A DNA stretch of 7,970 nt. Origin: Leidyana gryllorum EB-2025a (lineage: Eukaryota > Protista > Apicomplexa). Position 1 is the first letter of the stretch; each line of letters starts with the position of its first letter. The position numbers were made by a program, and so were the translations under genes. The DNA lies in contig JBLWGC010000111.1 of NCBI GenBank assembly GCA_048772705.1, forward strand, positions 1 through 7,970, given 5' to 3'. Below the pieces are notes generated by a model. That model was not told the DNA's origin and searched no databases. It saw only the letters and a list, made by a program, of their open reading frames with translations. Shown one piece after another: positions 6,608 through 7,970 of this stretch.

Positions 6608-6667
6608 AGGCTGGTGGCAAAGCCACTTTAGTTGTCAGGCTATCGGGTTTTGTGTCGTTGCTTTCTT

Positions 6668-6740
6668 CGCGCCCTAGCTCAGTCGGTAGAGCGCAAGACT
6701 CTTAATCTTGCAGTCGCGGGCTCGAGCCGCTCGGGCGGTG
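6668..6740 (+). tRNA. trnK-CTT: tRNA-Lys(CTT), degenerate
   Basis: CAAGA-CT-CTT-AA-TCTTG; first acceptor bases and T arm damaged. Confidence 0.82.
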
Positions 6741-6774
6741 TGGATCTGTTGCCTGCAAGCACACTCAGCTGGAT

Positions 6775-6847
6775 TTCCACTGCCGGGACTTGAACCCGGA
6801 TCGTGCGGGTGAGAGCCGCATATCCTAGCCACTTAGACTACAGTGGA
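6775..6847 (-). tRNA. trnE-CTC: tRNA-Glu(CTC)
   Basis: Intact cloverleaf; GTTCAAGTC. Confidence 0.96.
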
Positions 6848-6965
6848 CAACTCCCTCAGCTGCAGCTTTAGCCGAGAGCCGTACCCTCTTGACAAGACGT
6901 GATTCCAGAATCCTGCGGTAGAATAAGGGAGGATCTCTATACTAACCTCTGAAACATTGTAGCTG

Positions 6966-7038
6966 GGTCTTGTAGCTCAGTCGGCAGAGCGTGTGGCTGT
7001 TAACCACAAAGTCGCAGGTTCGAAACCTGCCAGGACCG
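6966..7038 (+). tRNA. trnN-GTT: tRNA-Asn(GTT)
   Basis: GGTCTTG/CAGGACC, TGTGG-CT-GTT-AA-CCACA, G73. Confidence 0.96.
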
Positions 7039-7159
7039 GTTTCAGAGGCACTCTCCAAGGGAAGGAAAATCATATCAGGAGCACTCCAACTCGACATGCG
7101 CGGCAGTGGCTCCCCATACAGCTAGCAGGCTTGCGGAACGTCTTTCGCGTGAGAGGCTA

Positions 7160-7232
7160 TGATGCGGATGGGACTCGAACCCACAACTCCCGGTTCCGAA
7201 GACCGATGCCCTATCCATTAGGCCACCGCACC
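7160..7232 (-). tRNA. trnR-TCG: tRNA-Arg(TCG)
   Basis: GGTGCGG/CCGCATC, TCGGT-CT-TCG-GA-ACCGG, GTTCGAGTC. Confidence 0.94.
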
Positions 7233-7313
7233 ATAGACAAGCTTCGGTCATCTCGATACTAGTTGGGTGTAAGAGGAGACACCTTGGGGCAGCTCGGTGG
7301 ATGGGTTGCGAAT

Positions 7314-7386
7314 GCGGTTGTGCGGCAATGCATAGCGCGTTGCCCTCCCAAGGCGAAAGTTGAGGATTCGGGTCCCTCCAGCCGTT
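7314..7386 (+). pseudogene. tRNA pseudogene, Arg-type body with CCC anticodon
   Basis: GCGGTTG/CAGCCGT, D-loop AATGCATA (Arg-type AATGGATA), TTGCC-CT-CCC-AA-GGCGA, ATTCGGGTC. Confidence 0.72.
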
Positions 7387-7469
7387 TCCTGCGTGGCTTC
7401 GTTTGTGCAAAGTGGAGAGACTGGTCATACCATGTAAAAAAGAACTGGATGTACTGGGGTTTGCTCAAT

Positions 7470-7542
7470 GGGCGACTAGCTCAAATGGTAGAGCGCTCGC
7501 TTAGCATGCGAGAGGTACTGGGATCGATGCCCAGGTCGTCCA
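7470..7542 (+). tRNA. trnA-AGC: tRNA-Ala(AGC)
   Basis: G3:U70, CTCGC-TT-AGC-AT-GCGAG, ATCGATG T-loop. Confidence 0.96.
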
Positions 7543-7555
7543 AAGTACGTACGGC

Positions 7556-7613
7556 TGCACGTGGCGGGATCCAAACCACCTTACATCTTTGAAGGGTCGC
7601 AGACCACAAGTGC
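7556..7613 (-). pseudogene. tRNA-Gly-like relic with internal deletion
   Basis: Reverse strand GCACTTG...CACGTGC-A acceptor and ggtgg-tttggat-ccgcc T-arm-like segment. Confidence 0.45.
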
Positions 7614-7657
7614 CATTGGGAGAGCAGCGCAGTCAATGTTTAGGGTGCCTCTGAAAG

Positions 7658-7730
7658 CGGTCCTGGCAGGTTTCGAACCTGCGACTTTGTGGTTAACAGC
7701 CACACGCTCTGCCGACTGAGCTACAAGACC
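7658..7730 (-). tRNA. trnN-GTT: tRNA-Asn(GTT)
   Basis: Exact inverted copy of 6966-7038. Confidence 0.96.
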
Positions 7731-7847
7731 CAGCTACAATGTTTCAGAGGATAATATAGAGACCCTCCTCTTTCTAGCCCAGGATTCTGCAACCCTTTGT
7801 GGTCAGGAATGTTGGTTTAACATCTTCCAGCGTTTCATCTCAACTTC

Positions 7848-7919
7848 ACGGCACGCGCGAAGTTGAACCACGGACTTGCTGATCTGCAGTCAACTGCTCT
7901 ACCACTGAGTTACGTACCC
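7848..7919 (-). tRNA. trnC-GCA: tRNA-Cys(GCA), degenerate
   Basis: GTTGA-CT-GCA-GA-TCAGC, U73; mismatches at 1:72, in the D stem and in the T stem. Confidence 0.85.
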
Positions 7920-7970
7920 ACGAGCTGCCTCTCATACTCGCTCAACTTGACCCTGTCTTATCATTCGAAG

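Larger units (their letters stand above)
5866..6615 (-). repeat. Long inverted repeat, arm 2
   Basis: Reverse complement of 21-842. Confidence 0.95.
6668..6885 (-). repeat. Glu-Lys module, inverted copy of 3280-3521
   Basis: Shared spacer atccagc.gagtgtgcttg.aggcaac and shared Glu leader. Confidence 0.85.
6906..7789. repeat. Inverted duplication of Asn plus flanks (6906-7050 / 7646-7789)
   Basis: tRNA bodies identical; flanks similar. Confidence 0.9.

Noticed and set aside
6946-7048. Asn flanking inverted repeat as MITE terminal repeats
   Set aside because: No target-site duplication, and similarity between the two copies continues beyond the inverted repeat.
246-7592. All ORFs in the supplied track, including the 171-aa ORF at 4797-5312
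   Set aside because: They are short and overlap tRNA genes or their spacers. Peptides such as AGIEPAT, MAEWSKA and GFDS are translations of tRNA A and B boxes.
1-7970. Bacterial, phage or organellar tRNA array
   Set aside because: No encoded CCA, widespread A34 anticodons, eukaryotic iMet, Ala and His features, and mixed strands.
1-7970. CRISPR array or tRNA-derived SINE family
   Set aside because: Repeats are full tRNAs of many isotypes; there is no fixed-period repeat, common tail or poly-A.
1-7970. 5S rRNA, U6 or spliced-leader RNA interspersed among the tRNAs
   Set aside because: No recognisable motifs by eye (the dinoflagellate SL CCGTAGCCATTTTGGCTCAAG was not found). An Rfam scan of 2595-2810 and 7050-7150 would be decisive.
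1-7970. RIP-like hypermutation of duplicates
   Set aside because: Differences include many transversions and indels, and GC content remains balanced. Not quantified.

Overview
This window has no credible protein-coding gene. It is a very dense eukaryotic nuclear tRNA gene cluster: about 53 tRNA genes, pseudogenes and fragments in 7.97 kb, on both strands, covering 18 amino-acid families (no Phe, Trp or elongator Met seen). Eukaryotic signatures seen directly: no encoded CCA, many A34 anticodons (AGA, AAT, AAC, AAG, AGT, AGC, ACG), an initiator Met with A1:U72 and an ATCGAAA T-loop, His without encoded G-1, and a Tyr relic with a 37/38 insert. The cluster is built from multi-tRNA modules duplicated in direct and inverted orientation, and flanks appear to be swapped within tRNA bodies. 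The most striking unexplained features are complementary 5' leader / 3' trailer flanks around many genes and the near absence of oligo-T Pol III terminators. The ORFs in the supplied track are shadows of tRNA genes and their spacers. The organism cannot be determined from the sequence alone. All folding and alignment was done by eye.
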